From: Terrimicrobiaceae bacterium
Lineage (GTDB): Bacteria > Verrucomicrobiota > Verrucomicrobiia > Chthoniobacterales > Terrimicrobiaceae
Direction: 5' to 3'
Assembly (NCBI GenBank): GCA_041752695.1
Contig: JBGSVZ010000046.1
Location: 13,083 to 77,082 of the forward strand
Length of the DNA stretch: 64,000 nucleotides
Shown: piece after piece, positions 47,709-57,990 of the stretch
Numbering within the stretch: the first letter of the stretch is position 1
Layout of the letters: every line of letters begins with the position of its first letter
Notes under the pieces: generated by a model
Told to the model about the DNA's origin: nothing
Databases searched by the model: none
What the model saw: only the letters and a program-made list of their open reading frames with translations
Made by a program: the position numbers and the translations under genes

Positions 47709-49094
47709 ATGTCCTACTCCATCACTCTAGGCGGAACGACGCATTGCTTCGCCAGCCTGAAGCAGTTGCTGGCCAAGGCGACGCCACTGCGCTCCGGCGA
47801 TCAACTGGCGGGGGTTGCCGCGCATTCGGCCGAAGAAAGAGTCGCCGCGCAGATGCGCCTCGCCGAAGTCCCCCTTGCGGCATTTCTGGAAGAGCCCGTC
47901 ATTCCTTACGAAGAGGACGAAGTCACCCGGTTAATCCTCGACCGGCACGATCAAGAAACCTTTCAAGCGGTGTCCACCCTGAGCGTGGGCGAATTCCGCG
48001 ACTGGCTGCTCGATTACAAAACCGATACCGCCGTTCTGAGCAAACTGGCACCGGGGCTTACTCCGGAAATGGTCGCCGCCGTGAGCAAACTCATGGGCAA
48101 TCAGGATCTGGTGCTCGTCGCGCAAAAAGCCCGCGTCGTGACAAAGTTCCGCAACACCATCGGTCTGCCGGGACGCCTCAGTGTCCGCCTCCAGCCCAAC
48201 CATCCGACGGACGACCCCAAGGGCATCGCCGCGTCCATTCTCGACGGGCTGCTCTACGGCTGCGGAGACGCCGTGATTGGCATCAATCCGGCCACCGACA
48301 ATCCCGCCGCCTGTGCGTCGTTAATGCGGTTGATGGATCGGCTGATTCAGGAGTATGAAATTCCCACGCAAAGCTGCGTCCTCAGCCACGTGACCACCAC
48401 CATGCAATGCATGGAACGCGGTGAGCCGGTGGACCTGGTTTTTCAATCCATCGCGGGCACGGAAGCGGCCAACGCGAGTTTCGGCATTTCCCTCTCCCTG
48501 TTGGCGGAAGCCCGGGCGATGGGTCTGGCACTTCGGCGAGGCACGGTTGGGGACAACGTCATGTATTTCGAGACGGGACAGGGCTCCTGTCTGTCCGCGA
48601 ATGCCCATCACGATTGCGATCAACAGACGCTCGAGGCCCGGGCCTACGCCGTCGCGCGGGAGTTTTCCCCGCTGTTGGTCAACACGGTCGTCGGATTCAT
48701 CGGCCCGGAATATCTCTACGATGGCAAACAAATCATCCGGGCCGGACTCGAGGATCACTTCTGCGGCAAGCTCCTCGGTGTCCCAATGGGCTGCGACGTC
48801 TGTTACACGAACCATGCAGAGGCCGATCAGGACGACATGGACACGCTGCTCACCCTGCTGGGCGTGGCGGGATGCAACTTTATCATGGGCGTCCCGGGGG
48901 CGGACGACATCATGCTCAACTACCAGTCCACGTCCTTTCACGACAGCCACTACCTCCGGCAGGCCCTGGGGTTGAAGCCGGCACCGGAGTTTGAGGAATG
49001 GCTGCAAAAAATGAAAATCTTTGGCGCCTCAAATCGCCTGGAAGCCATTTCGCAGCGCCACGCCCTGCTCAGCTCGGGGTTTGCTTCCCCATGA
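47709..49094 (+). CDS. eutB: Ethanolamine ammonia-lyase large subunit
   Basis: RSGDQLAG, RLQPNHPTDD, YFETGQGS, AGLEDHFCGKL, NYQSTSFHD. Confidence 0.96.
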   Translation: MSYSITLGGTTHCFASLKQLLAKATPLRSGDQLAGVAAHSAEERVAAQMRLAEVPLAAFLEEPVIPYEEDEVTRLILDRHDQETFQAVSTLSVGEFRDWLLDYKTDTAVLSKLAPGLTPEMVAAVSKLMGNQDLVLVAQKARVVTKFRNTIGLPGRLSVRLQPNHPTDDPKGIAASILDGLLYGCGDAVIGINPATDNPAACASLMRLMDRLIQEYEIPTQSCVLSHVTTTMQCMERGEPVDLVFQSIAGTEAANASFGISLSLLAEARAMGLALRRGTVGDNVMYFETGQGSCLSANAHHDCDQQTLEARAYAVAREFSPLLVNTVVGFIGPEYLYDGKQIIRAGLEDHFCGKLLGVPMGCDVCYTNHAEADQDDMDTLLTLLGVAGCNFIMGVPGADDIMLNYQSTSFHDSHYLRQALGLKPAPEFEEWLQKMKIFGASNRLEAISQRHALLSSGFASP

Positions 49095-49849
49095 GCGATG
49101 CGTGGACCCATCTGCGTGACTTCACGGCCGCGCGAATCGCCCTCGGACACGCCGGGGGTAGCCTGCCCACCGGCCCGCATCTCGATTTCCGACTATCCCA
49201 TGCCCGGGCCCGCGACGCCGTGCTGGCTCCGTTCGATCCGGAAGCCCTGGCCACCGAAGTCCGCACCATCCATCCCGAAGTCATCCTGCTGGAGAGCGAG
49301 GCAGTCCATCGTGCCGACTATCTCCAGCGCCCCGACCATGGCCGGAAGCTCTCCGGGGCTTCCCGGGAAAAACTCTCGACCCTCGCCCATCGGCCCCCGC
49401 CCGACCTGGCCATCATCCTTTCCGACGGGCTCTCCACGCTTGCTATCATGGCCCAGGGCGTCCCCCTATTGCGGGAGCTTCTGCCCCTGCTGGAGGGATG
49501 GAGGCTGGCTCCGATTTTCATCATCCGTCACGGCCGGGTAGCGGTTCAGGATGAAATCGGCGGAATTCTTTGCGCCGGCCAGAGCCTGATTTTGCTGGGA
49601 GAGCGCCCGGGGCTGGGTTCGCCCGACAGCCTCGGGGCGTACTTCACCTATGCGCCGGTGCCGGGCCGCACCGACGCGGAACGCAACTGCGTATCCAATA
49701 TCCGGCCGCAGGGCCTGACGCACGCCGCGGCTGCCCGGAAACTTCATGCCCTGCTCGAGGCCTCGCGCAACCTCAAACTCAGCGGCGTGCGTTTAAAAGA
49801 CGACTCGCCGTTTCTGGCAGATCCGGGTTCCGCCGCGTTGTTACCCTAA
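49091..49849 (+). CDS. eutC: Ethanolamine ammonia-lyase small subunit
   Basis: TAARIALG, HARARDAV, YLQRPD.GR, GERPGL, RNCVSNI; ATGA overlap with eutB. Confidence 0.93.
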   Translation: MSDAWTHLRDFTAARIALGHAGGSLPTGPHLDFRLSHARARDAVLAPFDPEALATEVRTIHPEVILLESEAVHRADYLQRPDHGRKLSGASREKLSTLAHRPPPDLAIILSDGLSTLAIMAQGVPLLRELLPLLEGWRLAPIFIIRHGRVAVQDEIGGILCAGQSLILLGERPGLGSPDSLGAYFTYAPVPGRTDAERNCVSNIRPQGLTHAAAARKLHALLEASRNLKLSGVRLKDDSPFLADPGSAALLP

Positions 49850-51396
49850 GGAACCGGACCCGAACCCAGAGCTTCCTCGGCGCCGTGGGATTTGCCCTTG
49901 GACAACGCAAATTCCTCCTCCGGAGAGAGCACCAGCCGGTGACGTCCGTAAAACGCAAAATAGACCAGCCCCGCCAAATACCAAGCCAGGGCGGCATAGA
50001 CACCCTTCACATAAGCGGGATCCTGCAGTTGGTAACAGAGAGTCACCATCGCAATGGCGATCGTGGCAACGGCACCGGGTATGCCGAGCGGACTGCGATA
50101 GGGACGCTCAATATCAGGCAGCTTGTAACGCAGCAGAATGAAAGACAGGCCCTGAAAGGCATACGAGATCATCGCTCCAAAAACCGCCATGTTCAGGAGT
50201 GTGCCGCCAATGAGCGCGCCACCGGCGGTTTCGCCCGCCGTGAACCAGATGGTCAAGAGAACCGCCAGCCCGATGAGCGACCCTGTAATCATCGCCACGT
50301 GGGGAGTCTGCCGTTTCCCATGCGTGATGGAGAGGAACGGCAGATAGTACCCGGCCCGCGAGAGCGAATAAATCTGCCGTCCAAACGCAAAGATGATGGT
50401 GTGAAAACTCGCAATCAGTCCGATCACGGCAAAGAGGGCCAGCAGCTTGGCGACACCAGCGCCATACAAAGTCCGAAATCCGTCCAGCAGAGGTTCCGCC
50501 GACGTCGCCAACGAAAACGAGCCCTTCATCTGCCCCTCTCCCGTCCCGCCGATCGAGGCGTTCAGGACCATGATCATGACCGCCGAAAAAATCAGCGTGA
50601 ACATTCCGAGAATCAGACCCTTTGGCATGTCCTTCTTTGGGTCGTGGGATTCTTCCGCAGCCAGCGGTAATTCCTCAATGGCGAGAAAAAGCCAGACCGC
50701 AAAGGGCAGCGCGGCAAAGGCTCCGGCCAGGCCCTTGGGCAGGAAAGAGCCTCCCCCGTTGGGCAATTCGACCAGAGCCCCATCCGATCCCACACCAATA
50801 TTCAAGGCCCAGCGGGTGAAATCCGCGTGGGGAATCGCGCTCACCCAGAAAACCACCAACACAGCCAGGGCCAGCAGTGTCACCACGACCGAAATTTTGA
50901 ATGACAGCTCCACCCCCCAGCAGTTCAAAACGACAAACACCGCATAAGCACCGATCCACCACAACGGCTGGGCGGCGGAAGGCGTTTCAAAGATCCCGCC
51001 CATGTAGGAGCCGATAAAAAACACAATCACCGCCGGCGTCATGATGTACTCGATGCTCTCGGCGAGGCCCGTGACAAATCCACCCCATGGCCCCATCGCG
51101 CTGCGGGCAAAGGAATAAGCCCCTCCAGTATGAGGAAGCGCCGGCGACATTTCCGCCAGACTGAAAATCAGCCCGAGGTACATGATGGCGATGAGTATGG
51201 CCGCCAGGAAAAGGCCGCCCCAGCCTCCCTGGCCAATCCCGAAATTCCATCCCGAAAAATGCCCGGAGATCACCGCCCCGACCCCCAGTGCCCAGAGGGA
51301 CCAGACCCTCGCATGACGCCGTAACTTTCGTTTCTCGAAATAGCCCTCGTTGGCTTTCGTGTAGGTGACTCCCGAGACTGTCTGTTTTTCACTCAT
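49846..51396 (-). CDS. eat: Ethanolamine permease (APC amino acid permease family)
   Basis: LWALGVGAVISG.FSGWN.G, PFAVWLFLAIE, ASFH, RPYRSP; adjacent to eutBC. Confidence 0.8.
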   Translation of the reverse strand: MSEKQTVSGVTYTKANEGYFEKRKLRRHARVWSLWALGVGAVISGHFSGWNFGIGQGGWGGLFLAAILIAIMYLGLIFSLAEMSPALPHTGGAYSFARSAMGPWGGFVTGLAESIEYIMTPAVIVFFIGSYMGGIFETPSAAQPLWWIGAYAVFVVLNCWGVELSFKISVVVTLLALAVLVVFWVSAIPHADFTRWALNIGVGSDGALVELPNGGGSFLPKGLAGAFAALPFAVWLFLAIEELPLAAEESHDPKKDMPKGLILGMFTLIFSAVMIMVLNASIGGTGEGQMKGSFSLATSAEPLLDGFRTLYGAGVAKLLALFAVIGLIASFHTIIFAFGRQIYSLSRAGYYLPFLSITHGKRQTPHVAMITGSLIGLAVLLTIWFTAGETAGGALIGGTLLNMAVFGAMISYAFQGLSFILLRYKLPDIERPYRSPLGIPGAVATIAIAMVTLCYQLQDPAYVKGVYAALAWYLAGLVYFAFYGRHRLVLSPEEEFALSKGKSHGAEEALGSGPVP

Positions 51397-51463
51397 AACC
51401 TTCCCTTTCGCCTGATTGTTGAGTTTCGCTTTAGCCCCCGCCGGGCATTCGTCCGGTTTTCGC

Positions 51464-51479
51464 AGCATAACTCATGCCG
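51464..51479 (-). promoter_or_regulatory. Sigma54-type -24/-12 promoter upstream of eat
   Basis: Minus strand CGGCATGAGTTATGCT: GG-N10-GC. Confidence 0.55.
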
Positions 51480-51527
51480 GATTACAACGTCGTGCGCGAA
51501 TGCCCGCCACGCTGAACGCTGCGTTTC

Positions 51528-52106
51528 TCAGGGAAAAACGCAGCTCTTCCCCAGCGCAGCCGCAAGCTGCCGCAGATAGTCTCGCCGCGGGATCGAGACC
51601 GCCCCGAATTGTTCGAGATGCGGCGTGCTCCATTGGGTGTCGAGAAGTTGAAATCCCCGCGCCTTGAGAATTTCGACGAGGCAGACCAGCGCGACCTTCG
51701 AGGCCCCGGGGACTTCGTGAAACATGGACTCCCCGAAAAAAACCGCGCCCATCGCCACCCCATACAGTCCCCCGGCCAGCGCCCCGTCCCGCCACACTTC
51801 CACCGAGTGCGCCTGGCCCTGATGAAAGAGCGCGAGATAACTCTGCACGATGGTTTCGTCGATCCACGTTTCCTCCCGCTCCCCGCACGCCCGGATGACC
51901 CGCTCAAAAGCCGTATCGATGCGCAGTTCCCACGCCGGATCGCGCAGGGTTTTCCGTGTCCCGTGGGGAACACGAAACGTCTCCAGCGGAAGTATGCCCC
52001 GCGGGTCCGGCGAGAAACACCGGATCGAGCCATCCTCCATGGCCATGGGAAACCAACCGGAGGCATACAGCCTGAGTAATTCCTGCGGCGGAATGAAGAT
52101 TGCCAT
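51528..52106 (-). CDS. aat: Leucyl/phenylalanyl-tRNA--protein transferase
   Basis: G.FPM, PDPRGIL, AHSVEVW, GGLYGV, FFGESMF, ASKVAL, LLDTQ. Confidence 0.93.
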   Translation of the reverse strand: MAIFIPPQELLRLYASGWFPMAMEDGSIRCFSPDPRGILPLETFRVPHGTRKTLRDPAWELRIDTAFERVIRACGEREETWIDETIVQSYLALFHQGQAHSVEVWRDGALAGGLYGVAMGAVFFGESMFHEVPGASKVALVCLVEILKARGFQLLDTQWSTPHLEQFGAVSIPRRDYLRQLAAALGKSCVFP

Positions 52107-52122
52107 CGTGAACTCTTTTTTT

Positions 52123-52311
52123 ATGATGCCGCGCGTGAGAAGCGTGACTCTTTTTTTCGGTTTGATTGCCGCTGTCGTTTTAGGCGGGTGTGCCGTGGCG
52201 GAACAAGACGCCGGCGCCGTCGGCGATCAGTTTCAGCGGGGCATCCAGGGACAGGGAAAAATCGTTCCCCGCGACCCAACTTCCGACTCCTTCGGGCCTG
52301 AATACAACTAG
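52123..52311 (+). CDS. Small hypothetical lipoprotein
   Basis: VLGGC lipobox after a hydrophobic stretch; lies just upstream of guaA. Confidence 0.5.
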   Translation: MMPRVRSVTLFFGLIAAVVLGGCAVAEQDAGAVGDQFQRGIQGQGKIVPRDPTSDSFGPEYN

Positions 52312-52325
52312 CCTCCTCTTTTCCC

Positions 52326-53900
52326 ATGCCTGAACGCGTTTCCTCGTCCGAGGACAAGATTGTTATTCTCGATTTCGGTTCCCAATACACCCAGGTAATC
52401 GCCCGCCGAGTGCGGGAATGCCGAGTCTATTCGGAAATCCTGCCCTTCACCACCAAGGCCTCCGTCATTCGTGCCGGCAAACCCCGCGGCATCATCCTCT
52501 CGGGCGGTCCGGCCAGCGTCTACGCCAAGGGCGCACCCAAGGTGGACAAAGCCATCTACAATCTCGGCATCCCCATTCTCGGCATTTGCTATGGGATGCA
52601 ACTCGTCTCCCGCGATCTCGGTGGCGACGTCCAGCGGTCCGAACGCCGCGAATACGGGCCTGGCACACTCACGGTGGATCGTTCCTCAGAACTTTTTCAC
52701 AAACTTCCGGCCAAGCTCGAAGTCTGGAACAGCCACGGCGACAAAGTGACAAAAATGCCGACTGGCTTCCGCGTCCTCGGCACCACGGAAAATTCCCCGC
52801 ACGCCGTCATCGGCGACACCAAACGCGGGATTTACGGCCTGCAGTTTCACCCGGAAGTCGCGCACACGCCCCGCGGGAAAGAAATTCTGGAAAATTTCGT
52901 TCACCGGATCTGCGGCTGCAAATCGCAGTGGACGATGGGTTCGTTCATCGAACGCATCTGCCAGCAGATCCGTGATCAGGTGGGCGACGGCCAGGTGATT
53001 CTGGGCCTCAGCGGCGGAGTCGATTCCTCCGTGGCCGCCGCACTCATCCACAAGGCCATCGGCGACCAGCTCACCTGCATCTTCGTCAACAACGGCCTCC
53101 TCCGCGCCAAGGAAACCGCCGCCGTCGAAAAACTTTTCAAAGACCACTTCCACATCCGCATGCAGACCGTGGATGCCGAGGAACGTTTCCTGAAAAAACT
53201 CAAGGGCGTCACCGATCCCGAGAGAAAGCGCAAGATCATCGGCAACGAATTCATCAAGGTCTTCGAAGCCGCCGCGCGCGACCTGAAAAAATCCGCGCCC
53301 GGAAGCTACCGTTTCCTCGCCCAGGGCACACTCTACCCGGATGTGATCGAAAGCGTTTCCATCTCCGGCAACCCTGCCGCGCTCATCAAGAGCCACCACA
53401 ATGTCGGAGGGCTGCCCGAGCGTATGAAGTTCGAATTGGTGGAACCCCTCCGCCAGCTCTTCAAGGACGAGGTCCGCGAAGTCGGCACCGAACTCGGCCT
53501 GCCCAAGGAAGTCGTGCAGCGCCAGCCTTTCCCCGGCCCCGGCCTCGCCGTCCGCGTACTCGGCGACATCACCGCGGAAAAACTCCGCATGGTCCGCGAA
53601 GCCGACGCCATCGTGATCGAGGAAATGAAGGCCAGCGACTGGTATTACAAAGTCTGGCAATCCTTCGCCGTCCTCCTCCCCGTCCAATCCGTGGGCGTGA
53701 TGGGCGACGAACGCACCTACGAAAAAACCATCGCCCTGCGCGTGGTCGAGAGCCGCGACGGCATGACCGCCGATTGGGTGCGCGTCCCGTACGAAATTCT
53801 CGCCAAGATCTCGACCCGTATCATCAACGAGGTCAACGGCGTCAACCGCGTCTGCTACGACATCTCCAGTAAACCACCGGCGACGATCGAGTGGGAGTGA
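52326..53900 (+). CDS. guaA: GMP synthase (glutamine-hydrolysing)
   Basis: [38 protein letters not shown]. Confidence 0.97.
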   Translation: MPERVSSSEDKIVILDFGSQYTQVIARRVRECRVYSEILPFTTKASVIRAGKPRGIILSGGPASVYAKGAPKVDKAIYNLGIPILGICYGMQLVSRDLGGDVQRSERREYGPGTLTVDRSSELFHKLPAKLEVWNSHGDKVTKMPTGFRVLGTTENSPHAVIGDTKRGIYGLQFHPEVAHTPRGKEILENFVHRICGCKSQWTMGSFIERICQQIRDQVGDGQVILGLSGGVDSSVAAALIHKAIGDQLTCIFVNNGLLRAKETAAVEKLFKDHFHIRMQTVDAEERFLKKLKGVTDPERKRKIIGNEFIKVFEAAARDLKKSAPGSYRFLAQGTLYPDVIESVSISGNPAALIKSHHNVGGLPERMKFELVEPLRQLFKDEVREVGTELGLPKEVVQRQPFPGPGLAVRVLGDITAEKLRMVREADAIVIEEMKASDWYYKVWQSFAVLLPVQSVGVMGDERTYEKTIALRVVESRDGMTADWVRVPYEILAKISTRIINEVNGVNRVCYDISSKPPATIEWE

Positions 53901-53952
53901 GCGGGAATGTCCGATGAACGATTTTTGATGTTTGATTGAGGCTTCGCCACAA

Positions 53953-54473
53953 TTACTCCGGCGGCGTGCGCCCCTGCGCTTCAAACCACATCCGCAGAAA
54001 TTGCAGATCCGGCCGGTCCTTTTCACGGTGCGTGCGGATTTTCATCCACCAGAGTAACTCTGGAGACGCGAAGGGAATTGGCACTCCTCCGAGCTCACGA
54101 ACCACAACACTCTTGATCGCCTCGGCGTAATCGATTCCCGACGCTCTGGCCATGAGATCGACCAGAATTTCATCCGCCACGCGAACCACGAGGTATTTGG
54201 CCACATCGCCGGGATCGAGTTCTTTTACGCACTGATCCGGCAGGGATTCGAGCGCTTTGAAAACCCTGGCCTCGTTTTCCAAATCGGAAGCCATGATCAG
54301 ATCCACGTCTCCGGTCGTTCACGGATAACCCGCCTGCATGATCGCCAGTCCGCCGACCACCACGTATTTCGCTCCCGCCCGATTCACTTCCGGCAAAGTG
54401 CCACGAGGTCCTCCTCTGTGGGAGGACGGGACGTCAGTTCGCCTTCCGCTTCACTAGGTAATTCATCATCCAT
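53953..54473 (-). pseudogene. Nucleotidyltransferase-family gene disrupted by a frameshift and an in-frame stop
   Basis: MDDEL...RPPTEEDLVALCR / frameshift near 54385-54393 / NRAGAKYVVVGGLAIMQAGYP*TTGDVDL...REKDRPD; GG-A...R.T.DVD nucleotidyltransferase signature; TGA at 54319-54321. Confidence 0.75.
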
Positions 54474-54658
54474 TCATCCGCCTCCTCGTAGGACTGAAAC
54501 CGGTAAACCCCCCGCCGGATCGGGGAACGCCAGGAGATTTGGCTGAGAGACTTTTGTAGGCCGAGTCCGTATTTCAAGGAGTCCGCCGGTGCCAGCCTCC
54601 TGCCTACCGTCTTTCCCGCATGATCGTCCAAATTGATGATCGGCTTCACGGGAGACAA
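54434..54658 (-). CDS. Small hypothetical protein partnered with the nucleotidyltransferase
   Basis: 74 aa with GVYRFQSYEEADEWM; overlaps the pseudogene start. Confidence 0.55.
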   Translation of the reverse strand: MSPVKPIINLDDHAGKTVGRRLAPADSLKYGLGLQKSLSQISWRSPIRRGVYRFQSYEEADEWMMNYLVKRKAN

Positions 54659-54741
54659 CCTACGCCCGCTTCCCCGGCAGGTAAAGCCCCCGTCGCGCCC
54701 GCTTGCGTGTCCGGCCGCCGCCGTATAGGAGAGAACAGACC

Positions 54742-55227
54742 ATGACCCTGCGCCATGCCATTTATCCGGGGAGCTTCGATCCCATCACGCTCGGGCACCT
54801 CGACCTGATCCACCGCGCGAGCCAGCTTTTCGATTCGCTGATTGTAGCCGTCGCCCACAACGAGGCGAAAAATGCGCTCTTCGACGTGGAGGAACGCATC
54901 GCCATGATCGAGGAGGCGCTGGATGGCGCGAGAGGGATCGTGGTGAAGCCGCTCGATGGCCTGCTGGTGAATTTTGCCCTCGAGGAAAAAGCCATGGTCG
55001 TCATCCGGGGGCTGCGCGCGGTGTCGGATTTCGAATTTGAATTTCAGATGGCCCTGATGAACCGTCGCCTCGAGCCTCGGCTGGAGACCATTTTTCTCAC
55101 CCCCCAGGAAGAATATACTTTCTTGAGTTCCCGCATCGTCAAGGAAGTGGCGCGTTTGGGCGGAGATGTGACGCCCTTTGTCCCTCCCGCCGTGGCCCGC
55201 CGACTCGCGGCGAAATTTGCGAACTGA
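54742..55227 (+). CDS. coaD: Pantetheine-phosphate adenylyltransferase
   Basis: YPGSFDPITLGH, IRGLRAVSDFEFE, LSSRIVKE. Confidence 0.95.
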   Translation: MTLRHAIYPGSFDPITLGHLDLIHRASQLFDSLIVAVAHNEAKNALFDVEERIAMIEEALDGARGIVVKPLDGLLVNFALEEKAMVVIRGLRAVSDFEFEFQMALMNRRLEPRLETIFLTPQEEYTFLSSRIVKEVARLGGDVTPFVPPAVARRLAAKFAN

Positions 55228-55299
55228 GTTTTCAGTTTTCACGCCCCCGGTTTCGGGCGATATTGCAGCAAGGAATCCGGGAAACTCCGGAGCACAATT

Positions 55300-55755
55300 A
55301 TGAAAGTTCATCTGCACCAAATCCCTGACGGAGCCACTTTGCACCTCGAGGGCACCGAGGACTCCGCCTTTATCGGGCTGGAGGAAGCCGGTGCCACGCC
55401 GCTGGGACCACTGGAATATTCCCTCGATGCCGGACTCTCCGAAGGAGGCATTTTTGCCACGGGCCGCCTCCGCCAGCGGGTGCGCCTACGCTGCGTCGCG
55501 TGCCTGGAGGATTTTGAGACGGACATCGAAATTTCCGATTTTGCCCTGCAAAAGGAACTGACGACACGCGAACAGGTTGACTTTTCCGACGAAGTGCGGG
55601 AAGATATTCAGCTTGCTCTTCCCGCCTATCCGCGATGTGATGCGGAAGGACGCAAGACGTGTCCAGCCAGCTTTCCGCCGGCGCCTGCCAATTCCTCACC
55701 GTCTTCTGGCACCCCGGCTTGGAATGCGCTGGACAAACTGAAGACCGACAACTGA
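55300..55755 (+). CDS. yceD: DUF177/YceD family protein
   Basis: CVACL, E.I.LALP.YP.C...CP, W..LDKL; upstream of rpmF. Confidence 0.85.
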   Translation: MKVHLHQIPDGATLHLEGTEDSAFIGLEEAGATPLGPLEYSLDAGLSEGGIFATGRLRQRVRLRCVACLEDFETDIEISDFALQKELTTREQVDFSDEVREDIQLALPAYPRCDAEGRKTCPASFPPAPANSSPSSGTPAWNALDKLKTDN

Positions 55756-55778
55756 CTCAAACCAACCTTTTTTGACCC

Positions 55779-55961
55779 ATGGGAGTTCCCAAACGCAAAA
55801 CCTCGAAGATGCGCCTTCGCACCCGTAAGGCAGCCAACCGCTGGCACGCCCCCAAGCTTTCCAAATGCCCACAGTGCGGCGCCGCGGCGCGCTCGCACGT
55901 CGCCTGCCCCTCCTGCGGCTACTACAAGGAGCGCCAAGTTCTGACGGTTGACGCAGGGTAG
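55779..55961 (+). CDS. rpmF: 50S ribosomal protein L32
   Basis: MGVPKRKTSK...CPQCG...H.ACPSCGYY. Confidence 0.95.
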   Translation: MGVPKRKTSKMRLRTRKAANRWHAPKLSKCPQCGAAARSHVACPSCGYYKERQVLTVDAG

Positions 55962-55967
55962 TCGTCG

Positions 55968-57002
55968 ATGAGGATCGCCCTCGATGCCATGGGCGGGGAT
56001 TTCGCCCCGGTCAATCCTGTGGCCGGCGTCCTCCAGGCCCTGCGCGAATATTCCGACTTCACCGCCATCCTGGTTGGCGATGAAGAAAAAGTCCGTGCTG
56101 AGATGGCGCGGCATGATTTCACCGGTCTGGAGGACCGCATCAGCTTTCACCATGCCTCGCAGGTGGTGGAAATGAAGGACAGCGCCATCGACAGCGTCCG
56201 GCGCAAAAAAGATTCTTCGATCAGTCGCGCCGTTGATCTGGTCAAGGCCGGAACGGCAGACGCGGTCGTTTCCGCCGGACATACCGGTGCGTTGGTGGCC
56301 GCTGCCACGATCAAACTGCGCACCCTCCCGGGCATTCACCGCCCCGGCTTGGCGGTAGTCATTCCCACCGAAAAGAAAGAATTTCTCCTCCTCGACGCCG
56401 GAGCCAACATCGATGCCGCCCCCGAGCATGTCCTGGGTTATGCCATCATGGGCAGCATCTACGCCCGCGAGATCATGGGCTGCCGGAATCCCAGTGTCGG
56501 TCTCATGTCGATCGGCACGGAGGACAGCAAGGGCAACGATTTCTCCAAGGCCTGCTTCCAACTGTTGAGCAAAGCACCCATCAATTTCGCCGGCAACACC
56601 GAGGGGCACGCCCTTTTCCGCGATCCGCTTGATGTGGTCGTATGCGACGGTTTTGTCGGCAACATCGTGTTAAAAACCGTGGAGGGTCTGGCCAAATCGC
56701 TTTTCGGCTGGCTGAAACGCGAACTTACCAGTTCGCCTGTCCGCATGATTGGTGCTTGGATTTCCCGCGGAGCCTTTCTCTCCATCAAAAAGCGCATCAG
56801 CGCCGACGAATACGGCGGCAGTCCGCTGCTCGGCGTCAATGGTATTTGTATCAAAGCGCACGGCAATTCCTCGCCGATGGCCATTAAAAACGCCATCCGC
56901 GTCGCCCGGGAGTTCGTCACTCAAAAAATCAACACCCGCATCGTCGAGGCCACCGAGTCGTATCATGAAGAGCAAGCCGCTGACCCGCTCCCCACAACCT
57001 AG
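55968..57002 (+). CDS. plsX: Phosphate acyltransferase
   Basis: IALDAMGGDFAP, SAGHTGA, VVCDGFVGN, KAHG.S. Confidence 0.95.
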   Translation: MRIALDAMGGDFAPVNPVAGVLQALREYSDFTAILVGDEEKVRAEMARHDFTGLEDRISFHHASQVVEMKDSAIDSVRRKKDSSISRAVDLVKAGTADAVVSAGHTGALVAAATIKLRTLPGIHRPGLAVVIPTEKKEFLLLDAGANIDAAPEHVLGYAIMGSIYAREIMGCRNPSVGLMSIGTEDSKGNDFSKACFQLLSKAPINFAGNTEGHALFRDPLDVVVCDGFVGNIVLKTVEGLAKSLFGWLKRELTSSPVRMIGAWISRGAFLSIKKRISADEYGGSPLLGVNGICIKAHGNSSPMAIKNAIRVAREFVTQKINTRIVEATESYHEEQAADPLPTT

Positions 57003-57981
57003 CCGCACGGTCTCCATCATCGGCACGGGCAGCTACCTGCCGGAACGTGTCCTGAGCAACGCGGAACTGGAAAAACTGGTTGATACCACCGATATCTGGA
57101 TTACCACACGGACCGGCATCAAGGAGAGGCGCATCGCCGCCGAAGGCGAACATACCAGCCACATGGCGGCAAAAGCCGCCAAGCGCGCTATGGAGCAGGC
57201 AAAAGTCCGCGCCAGTGAGATCGACCTCATCATCGTCGCCACGGTTACGCCGGACACCTTTTTCCCGTCCACCGCCTGTCACGTACAGCGCATCATCGGG
57301 GCGAAAAATGCCGCCTGTTTTGACGTCTCCGCGGCTTGCTCGGGATTTCTTTACGGCATCGAAATCGCCCAGCAATTTATCTCAAACCACGCCTGCAACA
57401 CCATTCTGGTGATCGGGGCGGATAAGCTCAGTTCCATCGTCAACTGGGAGGACCGCAACACCTGCGTGCTTTTCGGCGACGGGGCCGGCGCGGCCATCCT
57501 CCGCTACCGGGCAGGCTCTCACGGAGTCATCACCACCTTCATGGGCAGCGACGGCAACTACGGCCAGATCCTTCACATGCCCGGCGGCGGATGCGCTATT
57601 CCCACCACGAAGGACAATATCGACCAGAAACTCAACACCCTGCACATGCAAGGTCGCGAGACGTTCAAGCAGGCGGTCACGTCGATGCTGGCCGCCGCCA
57701 AGGAGGCGCTGAAACGCAGCGGCCTCACGGTGGACGACCTTACCTGTATCATCCCCCACCAAGCCAATGCCCGCATCATTGAAGCCCTGGCGGAACGGCT
57801 CGACCTGCCCCTTACGAAATTCCACGTCAATCTTGACCGCTACGGAAACACATCCGCCGCGGCCGTCGCCATCGCGCTCGACGAGGCCAACCGCACGGGA
57901 CGCTTCAAGGAAGGGGATTACATCTTAATGGTCGTCTTCGGCGGAGGACTCACCTACGCCAGCTCGGTGGTGCAGTGGTAG
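56965..57981 (+). CDS. fabH: Beta-ketoacyl-ACP synthase III
   Basis: AACSGF, LFGDGAGA, PHQAN, YGNTSAA. Confidence 0.95.
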   Translation: MKSKPLTRSPQPSRTVSIIGTGSYLPERVLSNAELEKLVDTTDIWITTRTGIKERRIAAEGEHTSHMAAKAAKRAMEQAKVRASEIDLIIVATVTPDTFFPSTACHVQRIIGAKNAACFDVSAACSGFLYGIEIAQQFISNHACNTILVIGADKLSSIVNWEDRNTCVLFGDGAGAAILRYRAGSHGVITTFMGSDGNYGQILHMPGGGCAIPTTKDNIDQKLNTLHMQGRETFKQAVTSMLAAAKEALKRSGLTVDDLTCIIPHQANARIIEALAERLDLPLTKFHVNLDRYGNTSAAAVAIALDEANRTGRFKEGDYILMVVFGGGLTYASSVVQW

Positions 57982-57990
57982 CAAGCTGAA

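Noticed and set aside
53880..54741. Integrase-type genomic island at the guaA 3' end
   Set aside because: No integrase and no duplicated guaA end seen; only a small two-gene module is present
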